Of a stretch of DNA of 64,000 bases, positions 25,987 to 39,234 are shown piece after piece. Under the pieces are notes generated by a model, which searched no databases, was not told the DNA's origin, and worked only from the letters and a program-made list of their open reading frames with translations. The position numbers and the translations under genes are program-made. Every line of letters starts with the position of its first letter. Position 1 is the stretch's first letter. The stretch covers positions 682,001 to 746,000 of the forward strand of contig JBEWZL010000011.1 of NCBI GenBank assembly GCA_045837725.1, given 5' to 3'. The DNA is from Vermamoeba vermiformis. Its lineage: Eukaryota.

Positions 25987-26114
25987 ACTGCGAAAATAAT
26001 AGTAAATAAACCAAACCACAATTTTGTTACTTGCACGAGTATTAAAGGTTCCTCTGTGAATTTCAAAAACATAAAAACATCGCGCGATCTAACATTTCAC
26101 TAAATGTTCTGCGT

Positions 26115-27362
26115 ATGTGGAACAGAATAGGTCACAATTTATTAAAGTGCACTAGTGCCACACGAGTAGTATTAAGTTACAAATCTAGTCGTACAGGACT
26201 ATTTCAATACAAGTTTGCTACAATGTCAACCTCAAACAAAATAATCGTGAAAAATGGCCAAATATTAAAAGAACAAATTGCCGTCAAGGATTTATTATTA
26301 CAGCACCCAAAGGGTACGAAGATTAATTTTGAAATTATTTTTATTAATTTTCAACAGGGATCTACAGCACGGCAAGAACAATCGATAAAAAATCAATATT
26401 CGACCTCGAATCTCATTATACTAGATTAGGTAATAATATCTCATTATTTGCATATCATTTTCTAATGTTGATTGTAGGAAAAATATCAAGTGTAATTAAT
26501 TTGGACGCGATCTCGCGAGACGATCTCAGAAAACTAACTTTGCCGTCGATCAAAGCAGCAATGAATGCTTTCTGCACTATTCATCCAAATCCAGATGAGC
26601 ATTTTGAGATGAAATTAACATTTCTATTGACTGTTGGCGAAGATGCGGATTCGTTGGTATGTTCAGAGAAAAATCAGTGCTTGTAATCGGTAGCGTACTA
26701 ATACCTTAATATAGCTTCACCACGACAAAAAACTCGATTTTTATACAGTAGTTGAACTTATGAACCCTCCGCCAAGCCCGCCAGTGACAGTTCAAATTCG
26801 AACTTTCCACCGACCAAATCCAACGGTCAAGAACTCGCAGTGGGTCACTGACCGCAAAACACTCGAGGATACAATGCCTAAGCATGTGAACGAGATTGTT
26901 ATGCAAGAGGCTGATGGCAGACTAAGCGAAGGATTGTCGTCGAACTTCTACGTGTTGAAGAAAGACGGAACTTTGGAGACGGCCGCGGACGAACACGTAT
27001 GTTATCTCCGCGGCATATTTTAGCTTATATAATAGTATAGGTCCTACCGGGAACAACGAGGGGCATGGTGCTAAGCGTTTGCCGAGAATTGAACATCCCG
27101 ATCGAATTCAAATTTCCGTCGGTACGCGAGATTGACGAATGGGAAGGCGCCTGCATCTCAAGTAAGTATACATAGTTCGATATAACGAGTAATCACTAAC
27201 CTGGATGCAGGTACATCGCGATTACTATTGCCGATCAACATTGTCGAACTGGTCGAACAAAACAGAACCGTTAAATTCGATCCGCTTTCGGATAAATTGC
27301 TGCGGCTGAAGGAGTTATTCAAAGTTGAAATGAAGCGATTGGGAGACCAAGTATTGGATTAG
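26115..27362 (+). CDS. Class IV PLP-dependent aminotransferase-like protein with probable mitochondrial presequence
   Basis: RPNPTVKNSQW (PLP lysine), EGLSSNFYV, VLPGTTR, WEGACISSTSRLLLP; basic, acid-free N-terminus. Confidence 0.82.
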
Positions 27363-27841
27363 GTACAAATAAATCCGAGCTGAAATTATTACCTCACTCT
27401 CGGAGATTCTTCCTCCGCAAAAGACCGCGCCATAGTCTCGCTACTGTGGCACATCGTGATTAGTACAATTAAAATTTTATGAAGATTCTCGCTAAAAACA
27501 GCTTAGTTATTATCCTAATTTGGGAATTCAAATTTACTCGCTCCCCGATATATTAACCGAAGTGCCAAAGCATCTAACACTAGGAGCTCTTTTAATAAGG
27601 TCATATGAGTATGCACTACCGGATTTTGGGACTTTACCGGAACAACGGTGAAAGCACGTGTGATCCGGAAATTTGAGTTTGTAACGTCTAGTTTTATTAA
27701 TTTGGTGCAGTTCAGTGTTACGTTCCGTTCACATCACAAGTAAATAAGAGTGACATCTTGCGAGGATTGTTATATTTTGACGTTCCACCCTCGCAATCTG
27801 GATTGCTCGATCAACCGCTTAATTTCTATTGAGAGCTTGGT

Positions 27842-30800
27842 ATGAGCGACACAACTCAACAACAAAATACAGTGCTCACGGCTGAAGAAGAGAGCCAATT
27901 AGCGCCCTCGTTGCGCGGCTACTCATTCAGCGGAGCGAATCAACGAGACAGTTTCGATGCGCTTGGCTTGGGAAGGAGAGATAAAACTAAAATTCAAGTC
28001 AGGGTACGTATATACGTTATTATAGGCTAAACTAACGTATAATGACGATAAATAAATACGTAAAATAAATAGAATAGCAATTGAATTAAATTTTTTTTTA
28101 TTGTAGGTTACGCTGCCAAATAGTACCGCTAAAGTTCTCGAAATTCCTCTTAAACATACAGTTGATCGTGTGAAGGTAATGCAAAATAAGACTGAAGCAA
28201 TTTAATTTTCAGATCACAAAAATATCAATAGAAATCAGATCAGAAACTATGCAAGGCGGGTATTAATATATTATTTAGGCTGCTGTATTTGCGGATGAGC
28301 CTTCATTGGCAGGAGAATCACATACTGATTATCAACTCGCTGTGACCGAGGTATTCCATCTGATCTGATCGCGTTTTATGTGAATCGATTAAATACTTAT
28401 ATTCAATAATATATAGAAGGAGCGATTGGAAGTAGAATTCATAAAATTAGCCGAGAGTCACGATTTAATTCGCCGAGCAGTCAATTTGGAACGGATGGTT
28501 GAAGTCCTTTTATTACCGAAAGAAACTACAGCAAAAACACCACGAAAGAATTTAGAGCGAAGGTAAGTCGCTAATGAATGAATTATCTGATTATGGACCA
28601 TGTATATTTGATACGATTTTTTTAAATTTTAATTTGTGGATCTCGCACGCTGACTTTATATTTCAATTGCAAATGAAATTTTGTGGAATAATAAAATTCC
28701 GCATACGGTAAAACGAGAAATTCGTTGCAAACAAAGTTGAATAATTATTACATGCATTGCCATCAGATCTGATTTTTCGTATTAAAATTCTATTACGTAG
28801 CTTTTCAACACAAAATGTCAATAAAAGCAAGTTGACGCGAATAGACTCGACGCACAGCCACTCGGGAAACGTCTCAAAGCTCAGCACGCAAATCAATAAT
28901 ATTGCACCGCTGCTCGAGGCGGCGAAGCCTCCGACGACAGCGAGCCCAGGCCACAAGCGGAATAACTCTCAAATGAGCGACAGCGAGGCCTCCGACATGA
29001 AGAGCAGCAGCGAGGAGGTCTCGTCGAAGAGCCAAGGCAGGAAAAAAAGTCACGACGACACGGTCTCGTCAGCTTCGTCGAGTCCAGAATTGGGCCGCAA
29101 GAAGTGGACACCGCCCGTCGATGGCGCGACAGGTCCTCAAGCATTCAGATTGACCGAGGACGACATTAAGCACTCCAAAAAGAGCCTCATCGGCAAACAA
29201 CGCGACGCCGTGACCAAAGAAGAAGGAGGAGGACGAGGACGACGCTCGAGCTCGATGATCGAACAACAGACCAGCGACGACGAACACGACAAGCACAAGA
29301 AGAAGAAGGACAAGAAAGAGAAAGAAAAGAAAGCCAAGGAGATTAAAGACAAAGACAAGGAGAAAGAGCGATCAAAATCGCCGATTTCGATCAGGAAGAT
29401 GTTGCGCAGTTCGAGCTCGAGTTCGATTGAACGCAAGGGCATCAAGAAGACCGCGAGCACCACGACAGTCACGACGAGTCCGACCCTCGCCGAAGAGCCA
29501 GACAAAAAGGCGCCGGCCTCAGACTCGCCCGACAATTCACCGAACGTCAAGCGACGCGTGCCGCAGATCGTGATGACACCGTCAACACCGCCAACCCTCA
29601 ACTTGTCCACGAATTCAGTGGCGCTTTCATCCCACTCGATCAACTCCATCACCAACGCACTCTCATTGGACAACACGCCGATCTCATCGCCGCACTCGTT
29701 CGACGTGAAAAAGTTCCAAAACAGCTCGGACTCGTTGGGGTCATCGTCCGAATTGCGAAAATCGGGCAGCGGAATGTCGGAGACAGGAGAGATCGAACTC
29801 GAAGTTGAAGACTTGAAGAGCGCTAATTTCATCACGCTCTCCATGAGCAGAAAGGGCACGATGAGAAATAACTTTGCCAATTCACGCGCACGCAGTAACT
29901 CTGTCGTCGCCTCACGTCCCGGCGGCGAGGTTTTGGCCAAACGAAAACCAACCACAGCTAGTAAGCCGCATCTTTATATCACTGTAGTACATTAATATTA
30001 ACGAATTGGTAATTTTGAAGATGGCGGCATCAAGCCTGAAGATTTTACCGCGTCATTTGAGCCCACGACGACTACACGCACGAGACGAGGTTCATTTTCA
30101 CTGCTCGAAGACCAACGATCGGCCATTAAAGACGGCGCAAGTGTAAGTGTCAAGTTGTTGCAATATTTATCCTCGGTGTACAAACTGACACATCGATGGG
30201 ACACGAAACTTTCCATAAAAGGAAAGCTAAATAATTGAATCACACAGGACGAAAAGAGCTTGCCGCCGCTGATGAAGTCGTGCAAGGGCTTTTGGGTCGA
30301 AGTGGCCAACAAACTGCTGCCGTACGACCAGCTCAACATGTCCATGCTCGAAGTCGAGAACTTGTCCAACGACGTGCTGTGGTACAAAGACTTCTTCGTC
30401 AATCACGAGCATCAGAACTACATTGGCATGGACGAGAACTTGGGGCCGTACATTGTCTCGGTCGTGCGTGAAGTCAACGCCAGCAATCAAAACGCCAAGT
30501 TGATCCGCGTCTTGTTGCGCACGAAGAAAGAAGACGAACGAAAGTGCATTCGAGAGAAGTTGATTAAGAACAAGAGCAAGTTGTTCAAGTGGGGTGGTCC
30601 TTCTATTCAAGATATTTTGAAGGCCGTGCGTCCGTCGTTGAACAAACAGAAGATCCGCATGGTCAAAGCACCTGAACTCGTCGAAGACTTGCAATTATTA
30701 GAAGAACGATTGGTACGTTATTACTCTTGGCGAGCACGTGATTTTTAACGTTATTTTACAGATGGTGAAGAGCTACAAGTTTGGAGTTTTGTTCTGCAAA

Positions 30801-31520
30801 GAGGGACAGACGCGCGAAGAAGAAATGTTTTCTAACGTGCACGGCAACGAAGCCTTCGAGACCTTCTTGACGTTCTTGGGCCAAAAAGTCGTGCTCAAGG
30901 GCTGGGAGGGTTATCGCGGTGGTCTCGATGCGCGCAACGACTCCACGGGCACGCACTCGATTTACACGACCTACAGCGACTTTGAGATCATGTTCCACGT
31001 CTCGACGTACTTGCCTTACACGCCCGAGAACCCGCAGCAATTAGAACGCAAACGACACTTGGGCAATGACATCGTGGTGCTCGTGTTCAAGGAGGGTAAC
31101 ACGCCCTACGTGCCCAACACCATCACCTCCGAATTCAATCGTACGTATTTGCAGTGACTTTGTTCGTCTGTCGCAGTCGTTAATATCGTTGTTACAGACG
31201 TGTTTATTGTCGTGCAGCCGATGACAGTGAATGGCAAGCAGAAGTACCGCTTGTCGTGCGGTTCTAAAGACGGCGTGCCTGCCTTCGGACCCGACATCCC
31301 CGACCCCGCCATATTCGACAAGAACGAACTGTTCCGAAGCTTCGTGCTCGCTAAACGTAAGTTACTGCCACCCTCTTAATAATATTTTTAATACGATGGT
31401 TAATATTCTCTTGCAGTGATCAACGCAGAACGAGCAGCGTATCGTGCCCCAGCATTCTCTAAAAAGATTGCACGCACACGTCTGTCGCTCTTGCAAGAGT
31501 TGGAAGAGAGATACTCGTAG
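27842..31520 (+). CDS. Rap GTPase-activating protein (RapGAP domain) with N-terminal ubiquitin-like region and Ser/Lys-rich linker
   Basis: YKFGVLFCKEGQTREEEMFSN, YRGGLD, EIMFHVSTYLP, QQLERKRHLGNDIV, INAERAAY. Confidence 0.92.
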
Positions 31521-31683
31521 AAAAGAAGACTAGCCAGTTATTTATTATTATTTATCATACGCGGAACTCTCTAGATATCAACATGTTTATTATTGTTTAT
31601 TATTAGCAAAATAATTGCCGTCCCTTGTACAGAACGAATAAAAAAAGAAATTATAGGATAAATTCATTGAGTAGAGCACCATA

Positions 31684-33017
31684 ATGCTCGCAAAATTGAA
31701 TAATATTGGTGCTAGAATTACTAAGATCTTGCAGTTATCGAGCAATGGAGCGCAATTGCAGCGGCATCTGGCAACTAAGATCAAAAAGAAGAGTAAGATC
31801 GACACGTGCTTCCTTATAATCATAATATTTAAATAATATTATTAGCAAAATCGGTAACAACTAGCAAGAAGAAAGCAACCAAGCGCAAGATAGCGAAAAC
31901 TGAAGCGTCAAGTGCCAAATCTACCACTGAACGATTACCAATGGGTCTATACGTTGTAAGTTGAATAGTACGATCATATCACTATTTTTAAAAATAATTT
32001 GAACATTTTCTGACTCGATCAAGGTTGGCACTCCGATCGGCAACATGTCTGACATTACTAAACGAGCCTTGAAAGTATTGGTACGTAATATAATAATTAA
32101 ATTTATTAATTTGATAAAATTGTTCATATATCGTATAAGCTAACAGCGTTGCCCTAGAAACAAGCAGATCTCGTTTGCTGTGAAGATACGCGTGTAACGG
32201 GACTATTATTGAGTCGACTAGGCATTAAGAATCACCTATCTTCGATGCATCAGTTCACTGCTCCCGCAAAGATCGATGCGATCGTCAAACGGATCCGAAC
32301 CGAAAATGCAGCGGTGGCTATTGTCTCTGACGCTGGTACGTACGACATTATAGTCGCCAATATAATAAGAGATAATAGTAATATTTGTTGCTAGGCACGC
32401 CTTTAATAAGCGATCCAGGCTCGTCTTTAGTAACGAAGCTACAATACGAGAAAATTCCTGTCTATGCAATTCCTGGGCCTTCTGGTGCGTATAATACGAT
32501 ATTATCGTACATGTATATAATTATAATGCCTATGATTATTCTAGCTGTTACTGCTGCATTGAGCGTGACCGGATTTCCAGCGGAGAAGTTCATTTTCGAA
32601 GGATTTTTGCCAAAGAAACCGAACAAACGATTGGCCTTATTGAAGGAATTGCATTCGATATCGGAATTCCGCTGCGTTGTTTGTAAGCACTTTATTTCAA
32701 CAACGAATCCAGAACTAATTTCTCGATCAGTTTTCGAATCCAAATTCCGAATTGAAGAGACGATGAAGATGTGCGCAGAAGTATGGGGCAATCAACACGA
32801 AGGAGCTATTGTTCGAGAATTAACCAAGATGCACGAACAAGTCATGCGAGACTCGCTACAAAATATTCTTGCCGAAGTTACGGTAAGTACATCCGCTCAA
32901 AAACATATTCATATATATTTTCATATGTACCTAATGCGTTATTATTCGTAGAAAAATGCGCGAGGAGAATACACGGTGATTATTGGCCCGCGAAGTGCGA
33001 TCAAGAACAGCGACTGA
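31684..33017 (+). CDS. rsmI: RsmI-family rRNA small subunit 2'-O-methyltransferase, probably mitochondrial
   Basis: VGTPIGNMSDITKRA, CCEDTR, VSDAGTPLISDPG, IPGPSA, FEGFLP, FES, RELTKMHE, RGEYTVII. The N-terminus MLAKLNNIGARITKILQ... resembles a presequence. Confidence 0.9.
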
Positions 33018-33051
33018 ATTTTTTGTTCTTTTTCATTTGCAAGCAGCACAA

Positions 33052-34866
33052 ATGGCTGACAACGAGTTTAATAACCCCGACGAGGCGTTTGAACCCAATA
33101 ATAACGCGTTATTCGAAGAGGTTAACGACGTGAATCCGGATGTAGATCAAGTACCCGGCGAGGATGCGAATGTAGATGAAAATAACGATGTAAATAATAA
33201 CAACAATAATGGCGAAGACTATGTCGAGCCATCTTCTTATAATCAAGATGAAGGAAACGAAAATGAAAATGCGAATCAAGCAGAAAGCAATAAACAAGTA
33301 ATAAACGTAAGAAAAAATATATTTAATGTTGTATATTGTAAATATATAATATTGGAATATTAGGATATTATGGAGAACATTTTTGGAGGCTCTGACGAGG
33401 AAGATTCGGTTGGAAAACAAGATAAACCTTCTGACGCTCATTCAGGTTCGTATAATAATTTAAAAATATTAGTAATATCGAATATAACGATAGAAGAATT
33501 ATTTTGCAGCGTTATAAAATTTTTCACAATAAAAGCTAAATTTGTGGTTATTTACAGATCTGGATGACGACGAGTTGGAACGAGAAAATAACAAAAAGAT
33601 GGAAAAGATCAAACAAAAGAAAAACAAAAAACGAAAAAAGTCCGACGACGATGACGAAGGCTCTGAAAAAAAGGTACTTTAAAAATTCAATTTCTTTTGC
33701 AGATCGCGCATTTACTAAGGCTACCGCTAAATATAGAAGCGCAAAAAGCGAAAGAAGGAGCGACAAATCGAAGAAGAAGGACAAGACCAAGACGACGCAC
33801 CACGACCGAGCAGCGACGCGCAACAACAAGACGACTTTGAGGTCAAGTTTAAGGAGGTCTTGGAGCGGAGCAAAAAGAAGCGCTACAAGGGCCCCAGCGA
33901 ACAAGAAGTCGACGAGACGGTTGACAAGACACTCGACATGATGCTCGAGGCCTACGAAGACGACATGAACGCCATCAACAACAAACAACCCGCACTCAAA
34001 CGACTCGCGATATTGCCCACGATCTTGGAGCAGTTAGCAAGGTAATACGATCGTATTAATATTATCAATATTGTGGCTTATAATCTCGTTAGAATTCCTT
34101 TGCACGATAAATTCTTGGAGAAAGGTGCTTGTGAACAAATTCGCGCGTGGTTGCAGCCCTTGCCTGACAACACATTGCCCAACTTGAAAATTCGCGAAGG
34201 ATTGTTGCGCGTGCTGTTGAAGGTACTGTCGTTCATGCTCGTAATGTCAAATATACTAATACGCAATGGGTAGTTCAACGGCATCAACTCGCAGCACTTG
34301 TCGGAGAGTTTGTTGGGCCGCATTGTCCTGTTGTTGTCTCGTCGTCCCGATGAGACGAAAGAAAACCGCAAAATGGCTGCCACGCTAGTGACTAAATGGG
34401 CCCGACCCATCTTCGGTCTCGATGAAAAGCCTAATGCTGCAGACATGATCCCACAACAGAACTTCGCACCGTAAGTATCAATATATCAATATTATCATAG
34501 CCTATCGTTATTGACGGTGTTGTCAGTGCGCCGAAAGCGGTGCCGAAGAAGAGCGTGACAGCGAGTCAGTTGGACGAACTCGAAGCTGAGCGCAACACCT
34601 CGATCACCGCACCTCGCGCAGCTATTCCCGAGTTGTTAGCGAAGAAAGGTCACGGATACGTCCGCGCACGAGCAGCGGTCCCCGAGAAGGCGCGCATGGA
34701 TTACACGATGAAACCGACCTCGAAGCTGGACGACTCGGTGCCCATCAAAAAGAGCACGGGGGCACGTGTCAAGAGCAATCGATTGGAGAAGTTGATCAAG
34801 GGCAAAGAGGTCGCTAGCGGTGGTCGCGCGAGTTCAATGAACATCACGAAGGGATCGCTCGAATAA
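33052..34866 (+). CDS. IWS1: IWS1/Spn1 transcription elongation factor
   Basis: Acidic N-terminus; DMNAINNKQPALKRL, WLQPLPDNTLPNLKIR, LGRIVLLL, KWARPIFG, RAAVPEKARMDY. Confidence 0.9.
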
Positions 34867-35026
34867 GGCAATGCAGATCGATCGAGAAATAGTTGCAAAG
34901 CTAAACTTGCCTTTGAGCACTTTTTTGTTTACCAGTGCAATTTTGTAAAATAAACTGATTACCGTTTACTGGTAACGAAAAAAATAACTATGTACATGGA
35001 AGAGGTATAATAATAATGTAGCAATA

Positions 35027-36249
35027 TTATTGGGTTGTTGTGGTGGATTCGGTTGTCGTTGTAGATCCGCCATCCGGATTTGCACTCGGTTGTTGAGGAC
35101 TAGTTTCAACAGGTATATTATTATTATTATTATTACTAGCGCTATTATCGTTATTATTATTTGCAGCTGTAGTCTGATTTGCATCGCTTTTCTTCTCGTT
35201 GGTGCTGATGGAAATATTGGCATTGATGGACTGATTGATGATCGTTACGAGCCAATCGAGACCTTCCTCGAGACCCCAGCCCTTGAGACCTGAGCACTTG
35301 AATATCGCCCATTGTCTGTCGCGAATGTTCGAGAGACCTGTTTGGTGCAACATCCGGATCTTAGTACAACGAACAAAAAATATTTATACATTAAATATCA
35401 TCACAATAGTATTTATATATCGATATATATATTAGTATAGTAATAATAATGCCATATAGTACCTAAATCGGCGCTAATTGTCGCTACTGGCAGTGCGTTG
35501 GGCAGATCTTGTTTGTTTGCAAATACGAGCATTGGACAGTTCTTCAATTCATCCTCCTATCATTATTATATATAAACATCATAATAATCACACTAATATA
35601 ATAATTTTACTTGTAGTAGCTGCGCTAATTCGCTTTGAGTGATCCCGATCCGTTCAGTATCCGCAGTATCAACGATGAAAATAATCGCATCTGTGTGTTG
35701 ATAATAGCATCGCCAATAAGGTCTTATAATATGATTATTATATGGTCGATATTAAATGTAATTGCACCCCGTACCGAATGTTAGTTTGACCGCCCAGATC
35801 CCAAACTAAAAATTTCGTTAGAAAATTCGTATTATCATGGTATTATACACCTTATAATACTGATATATTTTTTCGATAATTACCTTTGAAATTTATATTT
35901 TTGTAAGCCACAGTTTCCAAATTGAATCCAACAGCTTCACGAAATCAAAATATAGGTTAGAAAATTGCCTAAAAAAACTATAATAATTATATCAATAATT
36001 ACTTGGTATTGTTTGAACGGTTTCGCCACTCGCCAATCGATATAAAATTGTTGTTTTACCAGCGGAATCCAACCCTGACGTCAGCAACGATTAAAATCGC
36101 GAAATACTATAAGATTATGTAGTATACCAACCTAACATTAATATTCTAACCTCTTTTTTGAGATTGAATAACGACGAAAAGAACGACAGCAGATTGCCTA
36201 CAAATCTGTCAGCAATTTGCTATTAATGCACGTGATAACACCTACCCAT
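35027..36249 (-). CDS. ARL1: ADP-ribosylation factor-like GTPase (ARL1-type) with low-complexity C-terminal tail
   Basis: MGN..., [46 protein letters not shown]; first coding exon is ATGG. Confidence 0.85.
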
Positions 36250-36440
36250 TGAATAAACAAACGATTTGCTATGTATGTGATATTATATACACTAGTGTTC
36301 GACAGATAAACTTATTTTAAAAACACAGAATCTTTTTCGTTCTTTTCTCTTGGAAGGACCAACACGACAATCTACATATATGTATTTGATCCATATATAT
36401 TTGTACTTATAAAACTAATATTAGAGCAGCTGAATTTTCA

Positions 36441-39079
36441 ATGCTTCGCGTTTGTTTATTTGGCCGCTTAATAACCGGAAGAACGGTGTTTCGCGCTAAG
36501 AAAAGTAAGCAAGATAAAAATATTAAATAATTCAATTATTATAGGCTTAATTTTACAATTTTTAGATCTTTCGCCGTGTTCATTTGGTGCATCAGTTTTG
36601 AAGAGGATGCAAATCCGAAAACCAACAATAGGAAGGACTATTTTGAACGTTGGAAGCAACCAAGGCGCTAAACTAGTATCATCAATACGTAATTATGTAC
36701 CGGAAAGGCCAATAGCAGGGTACGCACTTTCTTTTTGAAGTTGTAGATCTGATCTAAGTTTCAGCAATTCTGTCGGGAGCTTACGCGAAATACTAGCAGA
36801 GACGCTTCAAGGAGTAACATCATATCAGTATACTACAGGACCCGAATTGAGATTGCCGTACGATTCGGACTCGCAAATCCACAACGTTTTTCGCATTACC
36901 AATGCATTCGCCAATTCAATTGGTACGAGAGACAAGAAGCGAGAGCGGGCAGTAATAGTGACGGGCATTAGCGGCGCTGGAAAAACGCGATTTTTAATGG
37001 AACTTCCGGGGCTGATCTTGCAAGCCTGCGAGTATCCTGAACAGATCCGATCTGCATTGCTCTTGCGACCGCACGAAATACCGACCGACCAGCTGTTACA
37101 AGCAACATCCCCAGCTCCTCAACAATATGCACAACAGCGACCAGAGCCATCTGCTCCTTCAAATTCTTCGAAACATGGAGTACCAAATCCGGATGCAAAA
37201 TCGTTCGAGGATAAAGTGCAATCACTAAAAGCAGCGCTGAGCAAAAATTGCAAGAAAATCTACATTGAATGGCGACACAACGATCGAGTGTATTTAGACA
37301 GCATTGAACGCAATTGGCCTTCAAGCGTCAGATTAGGCTTGCGCGTAGCAGCGCAGTATTGGTTCCCGAACATCAATTTTGGAAAAATACGCGAGAGGAT
37401 GAGGACTAGTCCTTATTTGGAAAAATTCACTTTGTTAGAAGTGCTCAATGCCATGCACCGCGAAGACGAATCGATTTCAGCAGTGTACATTGCACTCGAT
37501 GAATTTCACACCACGACGCAGTTTCAAGTACCGTCAGAGCGCACAAACATTGGCGACGCGACTGAGATGTTGAGCTGTAGTTTGGCTCGTGCGCTAGTAT
37601 CCGCTGCACGCATGCACGGCAAGTGCTTTGTGTTCGGTGCAATTGCTGGCACGGCACTTTTAGCAGAGGATATTGTCGCAGACACGACGGACGACACTTT
37701 CGTACGCGCACCTATACAACGTCTCAGCTATCACAACGTTCAAAATATCATTCGCCGATCAGATTTCGACGGCACATCTGGCTCTGAATGGATTGCGCTC
37801 AAAGGCTTTGACGCATTAATTAAAATTGTCGCTGGCGTACCCCGAGCAGTTGAATTATTAGTGGAGTTGATCAAGGAGTATCAAATTCTACCTGCAAATA
37901 TCGATGTCGATCGGTGGAGCGCTTGGTTTTTAGCGAGGTACGAACAAAAGTTCAACGTTGCCGCTGTGTTGAACGAAAATAGTTCAAGAATTTGGTCTTT
38001 ATTGCTAGGTGTTGCCGGTTACAATGTAGCCTCTCTTAAAGTCATTGCGGGAACTCTCGATGCTCCATCCACTGTCGCTTCATTGGAGAAAGTTGGTTTT
38101 TTCTCTACCGTTGACAAACCAACGGGCAGTGACTGGGAAAAATGCTACAATGCTTGTCGACGCTTGCGCTCAATCACAGTGTTAGATGTTCCGCTTCCTC
38201 TTTTGTTAATAATGGTTCGTAAAAAGATCCAGATTAGCAGTCCGGATCCCGCTCGTCCATTCTCAGAGACTGAAGGTACGTACACATATATCGACTGTTC
38301 TATTTTACTAACTATTCTTTTGTAGCTACAGAGCTGGGGAACCAAGTGGCAGATCTGGCTTACTACATTAATCTCAGCTGGGATGAAAAGCTCCCCCTAA
38401 TTCATTTGTTATTCCGCTGGAATATTTTCAACTTTGCGGACAATAACGAGTACATTAGCGCTGCTGATTTGTTTGTTGGCGGTCTCTTCAGCCCAGAATT
38501 TGGCGCTAGACAGTTTGTAAAGGAACCGACGGTCATTGGGATCAATCGCAATCCTGTACAAGGCGTGTGTGCTACAATGGGCAAAAAAAAAGGGCGTTTT
38601 TCAACTGCCGGCGTTCAAAAAGTAACGGATTCGGTGAGTCAGATCGATTTTTAAAGTAATTTCGTACTAATATTATGATTATTTAGGTGGAATTGCACGG
38701 GTCAGTGCTCAAATTCAGCGACATGTCGTCACAAACTCGCGGAGTTGTCTTTGGCGGCACCGATTTGTTCGACAGTCACATCCGCTTGTGGATCAAAGAA
38801 GGACGTAAGAAGCGTCGAGCCATCATTTGGATTGATGCAAAACATACTGTTCCAGGCAGTAGTGAGCTGACATTGCGAGAAGTCCGTAAAATCATCAAAA
38901 AGCGCAAATTCTTGGAAGAGAACTTGCCGCAGTACGTGCACTTGGCGGTCATTTATTCCAATCGGGCGTACAACGGCGGAGTACCTCCAGATCCGAACAC
39001 TTGTGTCATAAGCAAAGATGGCATGTCGTTCTCGATGTCAACTCTGATGAATCGGTGGCTGTTAGGCGAGAACATTTAA
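36441..39079 (+). CDS. P-loop NTPase + C-terminal PD-(D/E)xK restriction-endonuclease-fold protein (Crinkler CR-NTPase/REase-like), 5 exons, N-terminal presequence
   Basis: Walker A GISGAGKT, Walker B YIALDEF, GVPRAVE, C-terminal FDSHIRL...IWIDAKHT...AVIYSN. All four introns splice in frame. Confidence 0.8.
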
Positions 39080-39234
39080 GTCATCATAAGCAATAAAAAT
39101 ACCGCAATTTAAAAATTAACAATATTTGTCGCTAATTTTGCAATGCAGACCCTGGTCAAATAACCCTTATATGGAATGAAGTGTGGAAACGTTAGGATTG
39201 CAATTCTTTGTTACTGAAGCCTGCTTTGTGTCTG

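Noticed and set aside
24187-30694. Long antisense ORFs opposite NOC2 and RapGAP (e.g. 24187-24885, 29137-29955)
   Set aside because: They are shadows of codon-biased or low-complexity sense exons and carry no recognisable motifs.
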